Below are positions 55,099-64,000 of a DNA stretch of 64,000 nt, in pieces. The position numbers were made by a program, and so were the translations under genes. This DNA comes from SAR202 cluster bacterium Io17-Chloro-G4. GTDB lineage: Bacteria > Chloroflexota > Dehalococcoidia > Lucifugimonadales > UBA3495. Location: contig MUCR01000018.1 of assembly GCA_002816455.1 (NCBI GenBank), positions 1,855 through 65,854 on the forward strand, given 5' to 3'. The notes below the pieces were generated by a model that saw only the letters and a list, made by a program, of their open reading frames with translations, was not told the DNA's origin and made no database searches. Positions within the stretch are counted from its first letter, which is position 1, and every line of letters starts with the position of its first letter.

Positions 55099-56316
55099 TC
55101 AAGCCGCTCCCTCGAATGCCTCAACAGCCAATTCCGCTATATGGGAGCCGATGGCCAGAGATGAGGTCGCTCCGGGTGAAGGCGCATTGAGGACATGAAC
55201 CGCATCTTTTCCTCTTAAGATAGAAAAATCGTCCAGCAGAGCGCCGGAACGCGCGACTGCTTGGGCCCGTACGCCGGACCCGCCTGGCGCCAAGTCTTCC
55301 GCCTCAATCTCCGGTAGCAGCTTCTTCAAGTCCCGAACAAATATGCTTTTGCTGTAGGAACGGCGCATTTCTTGCATGCCGATCTTCCAGAACTTGGCCG
55401 CCATTTTCCAGAAGCCGGGGTAAGTGAAAGTCCCCATGGACTCGGCCAGGTTCCAGTCCGATTTCTTGTAACCTTCTCTTTTTAGAGCCAAAACCGCATT
55501 GGGGCCCGCTTCCACCTGACCGTGGATGTTGCGGGTGTAGTGGACGCCCAAGAAGGGGAACCGGGGGTCGGGGACCGGGTAAATTAGGCCCTTGACCAAG
55601 TGGTGGCTTTCCGGGCGCAGGGTAAAATACTCACCCCGGAATGGAATGATGCGGACATCCACGTCCTCGCCCATCATGGTCGCCACCCGGTCCGCATAAA
55701 GGCCGGCGCAATTGATGATGTGCTTGGCTTGCAGTTCCGCGGAAGGAGTTTCGACCACCATGCTATCGGAACGACGTGCGATCTTGCTCACCGGCGCGTC
55801 GGTAAAGATGTCGCCACCGGCTTGCTGGAAGCGATTGGCGTACGCTAAAGCAACCTTGCGGTAATCGATGATGCCGGTATAGGGAGCCCACAGAGCCTGG
55901 ATACCGGCAGCGTGGGGCTCTATTTCCTTAAGCCGCTCCGGACCGATCATCTCCAAGCCCTTAACCCCGTTGGCTACGCCACGTTCCTGTAAGGTCTCTA
56001 AGCGGCCTACCTCCTCCTGATTGAGGGCCACAATGACTTTGCCGCATTGCTCGTATTCGATTTCGTTCTCATCACAGAAAGTGAGCAAGGCCTGTAAACC
56101 AGCCACACAGAATTTGGCTTTTTGAGAGTCGGGACGGTAGTAAATTCCCGAGTGTATAACCCCGCTATTATGGCCGGTCTGGTGCCCGGCCAGTTCCGAT
56201 TCCTTTTCCACCACGGCTATGCGCCAGTTGGGAGACCTCTCCTTGAGTTGCATGGCGGTGGAAAGACCGACAATCCCGCCGCCGATAATGACTACGTCAT
56301 ATACTTTGGAATCCAT
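55099..56316 (-). CDS. lhgO: L-2-hydroxyglutarate oxidase/dehydrogenase (FAD)
   Basis: Motifs YDVVIIGGGIVG, HQTGHNSGVIHSGIYY, FRGEYF..LIYPVPDPRFPFLGVH and NAPSPGATSS. Confidence 0.85.
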   Translation of the reverse strand: MDSKVYDVVIIGGGIVGLSTAMQLKERSPNWRIAVVEKESELAGHQTGHNSGVIHSGIYYRPDSQKAKFCVAGLQALLTFCDENEIEYEQCGKVIVALNQEEVGRLETLQERGVANGVKGLEMIGPERLKEIEPHAAGIQALWAPYTGIIDYRKVALAYANRFQQAGGDIFTDAPVSKIARRSDSMVVETPSAELQAKHIINCAGLYADRVATMMGEDVDVRIIPFRGEYFTLRPESHHLVKGLIYPVPDPRFPFLGVHYTRNIHGQVEAGPNAVLALKREGYKKSDWNLAESMGTFTYPGFWKMAAKFWKIGMQEMRRSYSKSIFVRDLKKLLPEIEAEDLAPGGSGVRAQAVARSGALLDDFSILRGKDAVHVLNAPSPGATSSLAIGSHIAELAVEAFEGAA

Positions 56317-56735
56317 GGAATCCTCCCCAAGGACATGGACCTTCAGGCGGTGCCTTAGACGCTAGGTCAGGCCCGACTAACTCGAATGATACCATCGGCA
56401 ACCAGAAAATAGACGCTTCAGCCCTTTTTATTATGTCAATCGGGCAACGGCATTGCCGACAGCCGGTTCGAAGCAATTTGTTATCCGGTTCTTAGATTGA
56501 ATTGACCCTGGTATACCTCTATGCTTAACTGTAGCCGTTTCGCCTATCAGCTAGTATCTTGGTAGATACACCCTCCCATTGGTGCGAACAACCACGATCT
56601 CTCTGACCTAAATATTCGGGGTTGAAGCGGTTGACCCGGCAGTTGGACGCTGCGCTTGGCTCTGTAGTAATACCAGCACATATTAATGCATGCTGGTTTG
56701 GATTAACCAATCGACCGAGTGGAGGTAAGTCTGGG

Positions 56736-57728
56736 ATGAAAATTGCTGTTCTGGATGATTATCAAGGCGTCGCCCAAGACATGGCGGACTGGGGCGGCCA
56801 GCTACCCAAGGACTGCGAGTTGTCGTTTTTCCAAGATCACATCTCCAACGAAGACGAGTTGGTGGCCAGGCTCAAAGAGTTCCAAGTGGTGATGGGGATG
56901 CGGGAGCGCACCCCATTTCCTCGCTCGGTACTAGAGCGCCTTCCCGAATTGCGGCTTTTGATTACCACCGGGGCCAGGAACGCAGTTTTTGATGAGTCTG
57001 CCGCCACCGAGCTGGGCATCGCGATTTGCGGCACACAGGGTGCCGGTGAAGGTCCAACCGAGCTCACGTGGGGCTTGATTATCGGCATGCTGCGCCACAT
57101 ACCAGAAGAGGACCAGCGGACTCGGCAGGGCAAATGGGGGACCGAAATCGGCGTCGGGCTACAGGGGAAAACCCTGGGCCTATTGGGCTTAGGGCACATT
57201 GGGTCATTGATGGCCAGAGTGGCCATCGCCTTCGACATGAAGGTCATCGCATGGAGCCAGAACCTGACTTCGGAGCGGGCGGCGGAATACGGAGCTTCCT
57301 ACGTGGACAAAGACACTTTATTCCGAGATTCGGACATCGTTTCCGTCCACGTGCGCCTCAGCGACCGGACCAAGGGCTTGGTGGGTACAAGGGAGCTAGC
57401 GTTGATGAAGCCCACCAGTTACCTGGTCAATATCTCGCGGGGACCCATAGTGGACGAAGCAGCCTTAATTGACGCCCTGCAGCGCCGCGCGATTGCCGGG
57501 GCGGCCTTGGATACGTTTGACGTGGAGCCGCTTCCGGAGGACCATCCGTTTTTAAAGTTGCCAAATACCATCATCGCCCCTCATAACGGCTACGTGACCC
57601 AAGAGTGCTATGAGGTATTTTATGGCGGAGTGCTTGAAGACATCCGGGCCTTCGCCAGCGGCGAGTCTATCCGGGTGGTAAACTCGGAAGTGCTAATGTC
57701 GCCTCAGTTCAGGGGACCGGGAGAATAA
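56736..57728 (+). CDS. D-isomer-specific 2-hydroxyacid dehydrogenase
   Basis: GGAGGT RBS before the ATG at 56736. Motifs GLLGLGHIGS, NISRGPIVDE and APHNGY. Confidence 0.85.
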   Translation: MKIAVLDDYQGVAQDMADWGGQLPKDCELSFFQDHISNEDELVARLKEFQVVMGMRERTPFPRSVLERLPELRLLITTGARNAVFDESAATELGIAICGTQGAGEGPTELTWGLIIGMLRHIPEEDQRTRQGKWGTEIGVGLQGKTLGLLGLGHIGSLMARVAIAFDMKVIAWSQNLTSERAAEYGASYVDKDTLFRDSDIVSVHVRLSDRTKGLVGTRELALMKPTSYLVNISRGPIVDEAALIDALQRRAIAGAALDTFDVEPLPEDHPFLKLPNTIIAPHNGYVTQECYEVFYGGVLEDIRAFASGESIRVVNSEVLMSPQFRGPGE

Positions 57729-57759
57729 TCAGCGGGGAATAATCACGGGAGAGTAAACA

Positions 57760-58725
57760 ATGAAAGCGGTCAGAATTAACGAATTCGGCGGCGTGGACGT
57801 GCTCAAATGGGAAGACGCGGCCGAGCCCAAGGCTAGGCCGGATTATGTGGTGATAAAGGTGGAGTCGGCGGGAGTTAATTACGCCGATATTATGCGCCGG
57901 GCCGGCGGTTATCCCGGCCCGGACTTGCCGTCGTCATTGGGGTTGGAAGCGGCAGGCACCGTGGTGGAGGTTGGCGAGAACGTCAGCGGAATCACGGTGG
58001 GACAGCGGGTGATGGCCATGGGACCTCAAGGCCAAGCCGAATTCGTCGCGGTCAACGGAAACTTCGTTTTTCCCTACCCTGAGACATTGGACCCGATACA
58101 TGCCGGCGGTATGCCCATCGTGTTTTTAACGTCTTACCACTTGCTGAAGACACGGGGCCAGATGCAGGCCGGAGACACCGTTTTGATTCAAGCTGGGGCC
58201 TCAGGAGTGGGCACGGTGGCAATCCAGATGGCCAAAGCATGGGGCGCGAAGGTGATCGCCACCGCTTCCACCCAAGAAAAGCTGGACTTGGCAACATCTC
58301 TGGGCGCAGACTCGGTTATCAACTACACGGAAACGGACTTTGAAACCGAGATTCAGGAGCAAACCGGCGGAAAGGGAGTCGAACTGATTCTGGAGTGCGT
58401 CGGTGGCCCGGTTTTGGAAAAAAGCGTGCGCTGCATTGCGGCCTACGGAAGGTTGATAACCTATGGCAACGCCTCTGGCGCAGTTGCCAACTTGGCGGCA
58501 GCGGATATATTCGGCGCCAACCGGACAGTCATAGGCTTCAGCATGGGCCGTTCCCCGGCGGGCACGTTGGACCACAAATCGGCCATGGCCGAGATATTCC
58601 CATTGATTTCCAGCGGTAAAACCCGGTTGGTGGTCGACAAAGTCATGCCCATGTCTCAAGTAGCAGAGGCCCACCGCCACTTAGCGGCCAGAGGGACCAA
58701 AGGCAAAGTGATTCTGACGCCTTAG
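57760..58725 (+). CDS. NADPH:quinone oxidoreductase / MDR-family zinc-type dehydrogenase
   Basis: Motifs GVNYADIMRRAG, QAGASGVGTVAIQ and GKVILTP. Confidence 0.85.
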   Translation: MKAVRINEFGGVDVLKWEDAAEPKARPDYVVIKVESAGVNYADIMRRAGGYPGPDLPSSLGLEAAGTVVEVGENVSGITVGQRVMAMGPQGQAEFVAVNGNFVFPYPETLDPIHAGGMPIVFLTSYHLLKTRGQMQAGDTVLIQAGASGVGTVAIQMAKAWGAKVIATASTQEKLDLATSLGADSVINYTETDFETEIQEQTGGKGVELILECVGGPVLEKSVRCIAAYGRLITYGNASGAVANLAAADIFGANRTVIGFSMGRSPAGTLDHKSAMAEIFPLISSGKTRLVVDKVMPMSQVAEAHRHLAARGTKGKVILTP

Positions 58726-58743
58726 CGAGCTCTCAGCGGTCAG

Positions 58744-61700
58744 CTACTCATACCTCAGCGCCTCGGCGGGATAAATCCTGGAGGCCTGGCGAGCCGGCAG
58801 AAAGGTAGTTAATAGGGAGAACAGGTAGGCTATGCCGACTATTACTCCTATCTGAATCCACGGAATCTTAAACCTGATCGTCTCAATGTTGTCCCGTATG
58901 TCGTTGACAATGTTGTAGGACAGGATTGTTCCCAGGCCAACGCCGATGGCGATTCCCAACAAAGCGATAAAGGACGACTCTAAAAGGAAGCTAAGCTGGA
59001 TCATGCGCCGCCGGTAACCAATGGCCCTCAGCACGCCTATCTGCTGTCGGCGTTCCACCACCGCCCTCAAGCTGATGACTCCCAAGGCGGCGATGCCAAC
59101 CATCAGCCCCATGCCCATGTAGCCGGTGAAAAGGTTGTTAAACGCTCTACTGGCTGCCCTCTGGTCTTCCACCACCTGGCGCAATTCCTCGGTCTCAAGA
59201 CCGTTTTCCCGGAATGCCACGTCCAGCTCACGGGCGACTCGGGCTACGTCAACCCCTTCCGCCACACGGAATCGGTATGTGGTGATGGGCACAGGAAACG
59301 GGAGCGTATCGTCCAGATTAGCCTTTGAAGTGAACATGCCAAGGCCCATGTTTCCGAAGTTGTCGGTCTGAACGTCCAAGACGCCGACGACCGTTATCGG
59401 GAAAATGTTGCCAGACAGCGGGTCTCTGACTTCGATATCAATTGGAGACATGGTGTCATCTTCGTAATGCAGCCCCTCCAACTCGAATTCCACCAGATTG
59501 TCATCGAAGCCTCCCCTGGTGGGTACCACGGAAATATCCACCACCGCAAGTCGCGGGTCTTCTTTTAGGGCCCGCCACACGTCGGTGTCCGTTGGCCCGT
59601 AGCCGTCGGCGATCAGCTTGAGACGGTGACCGGTGTTGTCGAAGAAGGCGTCGTTAGCAGCTCGGGCGGCGTAAAAATTCCAACGCCCGTCTTTGACACC
59701 TACCTGACGGGCTTCGATGGGAACCGTGGTGAAGCCCCCTATGGCAGCGAAGTCGGCTGGAGTCAACAGTTCCGAATTCTCGATTGCGCCGTTTATGTCG
59801 TCTATCGGCGTCGTGGAGTTAACCCGGCTCTCTATATCCCAATTCCCGGTGGCCAAGTCGATATTCTCGGAAGATGTCCCGAAAGCCTCGGTGAGAATGG
59901 AAACGACGATCAAAGTAAAAATTACCAGCGCGAACATCGCCAACGTCAAGCCGGTGCGGAACTTGGCGCTCATCGGATAAGCCACGGCGGTAATAACCAC
60001 GGGCCGCAACCTTCCGGACTTGCCGAAAATCGCGGTTAGTCCTCTGAGGAGCAGGTCCGAGTTGTTCATCACCGTCCAAACCGTGGCCGCAACCATAGCC
60101 ACGCCGGAGATAAAGAACATCTCGGGGCCGCCGTCCAGTTCTCCGGCAACTGCCCGTAGGCTGCTAAAGGGAAGGACCCAGAAGGCCACCAACAATATTC
60201 CTGTAGCCGTGAAAGCCAAGCGGTCCGCCGACTCGGGCCGCATAGATGTCCGCCGCAGGACCAGCCGGGCCATCAGTCCTATCCCCAAAATTGCCAGGGA
60301 GGTGCCAATCCTAAAAGGGGCGGCTTGGTCTGAGGAAGTGCCTACCCTGGTTAACAGCAGGCCAAGCAATAGGGCCAGCCAGCCTTGCAGGAAGTAGGGC
60401 CAAGCCAAGCGAACAAGGGCTGCGAAAACGTCCGCAATCCAAATGGGAAAACCTATTACCCAAACGAACATCAGGAGAATATTTCCCAGTGCACTAGACC
60501 CCCTTCCCCTAAATGCTAGCCTAACTCCGGCACTACCAAAAATAATGGGCCGGACCAAGGACCTGCCTACTCCGAAAGCTCGGCGGGCCAACCGGCTATC
60601 TTCTTGGGCGGTTACGATTTCAGGCAACCCGCGGATGGCCACCACTATGTTCATTCTGCTGACCCGGTAGGCGGAGAAGGCCACGGTGCCCAGGGTGATT
60701 ACCATTCCCAAGCAATAAGCAACGACGGCGCTACGGGGCTCAAAGTGGTGAGTGAATTGAAGATCTTCCTCGAAACTTTGAATAAACTGGTTAGCCACCA
60801 AGACTATGACGGCGCTAACTCCTAGGCCTACGCCAACGCCCACGGCGGCCGACACCACCGCATAGGACGTTCCTTCGAACACAAACATCTGCACCAAGTG
60901 GCGCCGGGTGGCACCCACGGCGCGGGCCATGCCCATTTCTGAACGCCGCGCCGCAGCCAGCATTACGAAAATAAGGAAAATCAGCAGCACGCCCACTAGG
61001 ATGGAAAATAGCCCCAAAACTATAAAAATGGTGGTAACTTGGCTGGCGGCTTCATCCGCAATTTCCAAGACCTGTTTCTTTATGTCAATTACCCGGAACT
61101 CTTCCAATCCGGAAAACAGGGTATCCGCCTTTCTGGCGCCCTCTTCCAGTCCTTCCCGGTTCAAGGCCGCCACTACCTCTTCAGCCACATCCTCGTCGGC
61201 GAGCAATCCCAGCAACTCTTCGTTGACTTGGACGGATCTCAAGAGTTCCGTTAGCCTTGATAGGTCTCGGCCCGAATCGCCGCCTTGGTCCTTACCATAT
61301 GTTTCAATAGCGGCCAGCGCTTCCGGTTGAGACAAAAGTTGGCTCAATTCGCCAGCAACCTCAGTATCAGCGAAATATGCCCGGAGGCGCATGGTAACTT
61401 GGTCGCTAAATTCGGCGCCGCTGGTTTCGTCGCCCAGATTAGACACGACGATGGAATTTACCTGGCCGGGCCTGTCAAACAAGTCTTGAGCTCGGTCCAA
61501 TGGCAAGATGACCGTTGGCTGGTCACCGGCCAATCCACCTCTGGCAACCACTCCTTTCACCGTCAAGATTTGGGTGTCGCCAGCGATCACCAGTCTAATG
61601 CTATCCCCTATTTGGGCGTCTAATTCTTCGGCCGCTTTTTGGTTGATGAACGCTTCCCCGGGCGCAAACCCGACCAATCCCACTTCCTCGCCGGTTTCGG

Positions 61701-62217
61701 ACCAAATGCTGCCCAGCGCCTCCAAAGAGGTAGGGTCAACGCCGGCTACCCGCATGCGGCCTTCCCCTTTGAAGTTCCGCATGTTTACGGCCGGTACTTC
61801 TTCTCCGATTCCGGCGGCCAGCCCGTCGATGCTCTCCAAGGCTTGAAACTCGGCCTCGAGCTCCTTGTACCGGCTGTAAGGGAAGTAGGGATTGCTGCCG
61901 AAGCTGTCTTGGGCGGTGGTGCGGGAAAATACGACGATTTCATCTATGGGGCCGAGGGCGTCCACCGCTTGGGCGCGGATGGAGAAGTTAATGGTGTCCC
62001 CGGTGCCGAAAGCCGCCGCCATGATCAGGGTGCTGATCATTATGCCCACGATGATTAATGCGGTCTGAGCTTTTCTTCGGGGGATGTTTCGAAGGCCCAG
62101 CTTCAACATCACCGGGTTGCGCCAGCCCATAACTGCAATCACGGCTAGAGCGGGCAGCAAGATGGCCAGCAAGCCCACCATGATCCAGTTCATGGAAAGG
62201 CCGAAGAGTTCTTCCAT
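58744..62217 (-). CDS. very large FtsX/MacB-type ABC transporter permease (two 4-TM FtsX modules with large extracytoplasmic domains)
   Basis: 1157 aa with many TM segments. The C-terminal FtsX signature is LPARQASRIYPAEALRYE. The ATG overlaps the ATPase stop (TAATG). Confidence 0.85.
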   Translation of the reverse strand: MEELFGLSMNWIMVGLLAILLPALAVIAVMGWRNPVMLKLGLRNIPRRKAQTALIIVGIMISTLIMAAAFGTGDTINFSIRAQAVDALGPIDEIVVFSRTTAQDSFGSNPYFPYSRYKELEAEFQALESIDGLAAGIGEEVPAVNMRNFKGEGRMRVAGVDPTSLEALGSIWSETGEEVGLVGFAPGEAFINQKAAEELDAQIGDSIRLVIAGDTQILTVKGVVARGGLAGDQPTVILPLDRAQDLFDRPGQVNSIVVSNLGDETSGAEFSDQVTMRLRAYFADTEVAGELSQLLSQPEALAAIETYGKDQGGDSGRDLSRLTELLRSVQVNEELLGLLADEDVAEEVVAALNREGLEEGARKADTLFSGLEEFRVIDIKKQVLEIADEAASQVTTIFIVLGLFSILVGVLLIFLIFVMLAAARRSEMGMARAVGATRRHLVQMFVFEGTSYAVVSAAVGVGVGLGVSAVIVLVANQFIQSFEEDLQFTHHFEPRSAVVAYCLGMVITLGTVAFSAYRVSRMNIVVAIRGLPEIVTAQEDSRLARRAFGVGRSLVRPIIFGSAGVRLAFRGRGSSALGNILLMFVWVIGFPIWIADVFAALVRLAWPYFLQGWLALLLGLLLTRVGTSSDQAAPFRIGTSLAILGIGLMARLVLRRTSMRPESADRLAFTATGILLVAFWVLPFSSLRAVAGELDGGPEMFFISGVAMVAATVWTVMNNSDLLLRGLTAIFGKSGRLRPVVITAVAYPMSAKFRTGLTLAMFALVIFTLIVVSILTEAFGTSSENIDLATGNWDIESRVNSTTPIDDINGAIENSELLTPADFAAIGGFTTVPIEARQVGVKDGRWNFYAARAANDAFFDNTGHRLKLIADGYGPTDTDVWRALKEDPRLAVVDISVVPTRGGFDDNLVEFELEGLHYEDDTMSPIDIEVRDPLSGNIFPITVVGVLDVQTDNFGNMGLGMFTSKANLDDTLPFPVPITTYRFRVAEGVDVARVARELDVAFRENGLETEELRQVVEDQRAASRAFNNLFTGYMGMGLMVGIAALGVISLRAVVERRQQIGVLRAIGYRRRMIQLSFLLESSFIALLGIAIGVGLGTILSYNIVNDIRDNIETIRFKIPWIQIGVIVGIAYLFSLLTTFLPARQASRIYPAEALRYE

Positions 62218-62984
62218 TACTCTCCGGCGGCCTCGTCGGCAATTCTTGAAAAATCCTCTAAAGAGCCAGATTCCTGATTCCCATCTGAGCCGTCCCGTAA
62301 GGACCCGTCGTCCTCGATTTGACCGTCTCTCATCCGAACGATGCGGTGTGCGCGGCTGCCCACTTCCTCAGAGTGGGTAACCAGCACGAAGCTCTGGCCA
62401 TTGGTCTGGTTGAGCTGGCACATGAGGTCGATGATCTCGCCAGCAGTCTCGCTGTCCAGGTCTCCGGTGGGTTCGTCCGCCCATATTATGGACGGCTCGT
62501 TAACCAAGGCCCTGGCGATGGTCACCCGCTGCCTTTGCCCTCCGGATAGTTCTGCGGGTAGGTGACGGGCTCTATCGCTTAACCCCAACATGTCCAGCAT
62601 CTCCACAGCGCGGCGGTGGGATTCGGAGGGACTCACTCCTGAAACCAGCAAGGGCAGCTCCACGTTCTCCACGGCGCTCAGCACCGGGAGCAAATTGTAG
62701 AGTTGGAAAACGAATCCCATGCGGCGCGCGCGGTAATCGCTGCGTTCGTCATCAGGCATGGCATGAAGGAGGACACCGTCGATAAGGACCTGCCCGGCGT
62801 CGATTTCGTCCAGGCCGGACAAGCAGTTGAGGAGGGTCGTCTTGCCGCAACCGCTGGGCCCCATGATGGCCACCATTTCACCGGAGCGGACGTCCAAGTT
62901 AACGCCCTTTAGAGCTTGGACTTTTAACTTGCCTGTATCGTAGGTCTTGTGGATGCCGGTAGCATTAACTATTAGCTCGGCCAT
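62217..62984 (-). CDS. ABC transporter ATP-binding protein (MacB/LolD-like) with acidic C-terminal tail
   Basis: GGAGG RBS before the ATG at 62984. Walker [10 protein letters not shown], signature LSGGQRQRV, Walker [13 protein letters not shown]. Confidence 0.9.
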   Translation of the reverse strand: MAELIVNATGIHKTYDTGKLKVQALKGVNLDVRSGEMVAIMGPSGCGKTTLLNCLSGLDEIDAGQVLIDGVLLHAMPDDERSDYRARRMGFVFQLYNLLPVLSAVENVELPLLVSGVSPSESHRRAVEMLDMLGLSDRARHLPAELSGGQRQRVTIARALVNEPSIIWADEPTGDLDSETAGEIIDLMCQLNQTNGQSFVLVTHSEEVGSRAHRIVRMRDGQIEDDGSLRDGSDGNQESGSLEDFSRIADEAAGE

Positions 62985-63147
62985 CCGGCCTCCGGAGTGT
63001 CGTATGCCGCTCCGCAAATGCACGGCGGACCGAGAAGCGAGTTACTACGCCGTAAGCAAACGGTATCTTCGCGATTAAAGAAAGCGCTGAGGCAAGTAGC
63101 GGATGGGTCCGCGTAAGAAAGGCCCTTCTTATAACCTCCCTGTCCAT

Positions 63148-63369
63148 TCACAGAATCTCCAAGAATTCATCCACCGATAACCCTGCGCCGTCCAAAATTG
63201 AAGCTAAGGTCCCTGTATCGATACTTCGGTGCGATGGATCTATCACCTGTGCGAAGGGCTCATCGCGGCGCATTACTATGTGGCTGCCTCGTTGGCGCCG
63301 ACGATAGAAACCAACACGCTGCAACGCCCGCACTACCTCGGATCCAGAAAGGCTGCGAGGCAGTCTCAC
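63148..63369 (-). CDS. hicA: HicA-family toxin
   Basis: SGSEVVRALQRVGFYRRRQRGSHIVM...GTLASILDGAGLSVDEFLEIL. Confidence 0.8.
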   Translation of the reverse strand: MRLPRSLSGSEVVRALQRVGFYRRRQRGSHIVMRRDEPFAQVIDPSHRSIDTGTLASILDGAGLSVDEFLEIL

Positions 63370-63590
63370 CCTGCGCCGCTGATCTCAATCTCAACCGATT
63401 CCCTGCCAACCTCAGAGGGAACGGGCAAGCCGTCTTCCACTAATGCCTCGATATAACCCTCTATGGCCTCTTTAATGTTGGACATCGTTTCTGTTTTGTC
63501 GGCACCTTGTGACACACAACCCTTGAGAGCCGGGCAGTATGCCACGTAGCCGGATTCACGACCCTTTTCGATTATGACCGTATACTTCAT
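63366..63590 (-). CDS. hicB: HicB-family antitoxin
   Basis: MKYTVIIEKGRESGYVAYCPALKGCVSQGADKTETMSNIKEAIEGYI. Overlaps hicA by 4 nt. Confidence 0.8.
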   Translation of the reverse strand: MKYTVIIEKGRESGYVAYCPALKGCVSQGADKTETMSNIKEAIEGYIEALVEDGLPVPSEVGRESVEIEISGAG

Positions 63591-63706
63591 GCGGAGTTTC
63601 CTCGGGAAGATCTGGAGTTAAGCGCAGCAAATTCGAAAATCGAAAACCGATAGGTGGCAGGAAGTCCGGGGCCTGACTTTCCGAACAAGAACAGCGTTCA
63701 AGCCGG

Positions 63707-63910
63707 TCAGCCACCTCCCACCGGGCGCACAATCTCCAGGACATCACCGTCGCTTAGGCTAACTTTGGAATATTCCTCTTTCTTGATGACCTCGCCGTTG
63801 TACCCAACCGCAACGTGGTCCAGCTTAACGCCAAAGGACAATAGATAATCTTTAAGCGGAATGCTTTCTTCGACAGACCTGGGTTTGCCATTGACTGTTA
63901 GGTTTATCAA
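63707..63910 (-). CDS. thiS: ThiS/MoaD-type sulfur-carrier protein (C-terminal GG)
   Basis: (M)INLTVNGKP...DGDVLEIVRPVGGG. The TTG at 63910 gives a typical 67-aa length. The track's ATG at 63967 has no RBS. Confidence 0.65.
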   Translation of the reverse strand: MINLTVNGKPRSVEESIPLKDYLLSFGVKLDHVAVGYNGEVIKKEEYSKVSLSDGDVLEIVRPVGGG

Positions 63911-64000
63911 TTCCGGTCGGAACCTCCTCCGGCTTCCCGTGTAACAGCGGACAGTCTGTCTCGCCATGCATCCAGCATAGCATTTTTTAGCTTGCTGGCA

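Overview
This is a chromosomal-looking 64-kb segment of a GC-rich bacterium, densely coding on both strands. I found no rRNA, functional tRNA or CRISPR array. The backbone has three parts. (1) A de novo pyrimidine operon on the minus strand: PyrR attenuator, pyrR, pyrB, pyrC, carA, an unknown gene, then carB; pyrF lies elsewhere on the plus strand. (2) Lipid genes: a MaoC-like dehydratase, plsX and fabG. (3) Many catabolic and CoA-ester genes: crotonase, thiolase, five family III CoA-transferases (four form a tandemly duplicated A/B pair), three further SDRs besides fabG, an FAD monooxygenase, an F420-type DDN reductase, GGT, two cupins, an alpha/beta hydrolase, an ICL/PEP-mutase family enzyme, LhgO, a 2-hydroxyacid dehydrogenase and Qor. 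Accessory content includes four type II TA modules (vapBC, two hicAB, relE/phd). A eukaryote-like LRR protein and a C-type lectin share a 137-nt tRNA-like upstream element. A gene of about 1000 codons built from 42-aa coiled-coil repeats is broken by one TAG and one frameshift. Two genes carry an in-frame TGA and are candidate selenoproteins: a rhodanese, and a UGSC-family protein next to an uncharacterised partner. Several families of short mosaic intergenic repeats are also present. The gene content resembles marine Chloroflexota (SAR202-like), but I cannot test that inference here. All calls come from reading the sequence and ORF translations; no database search was run.
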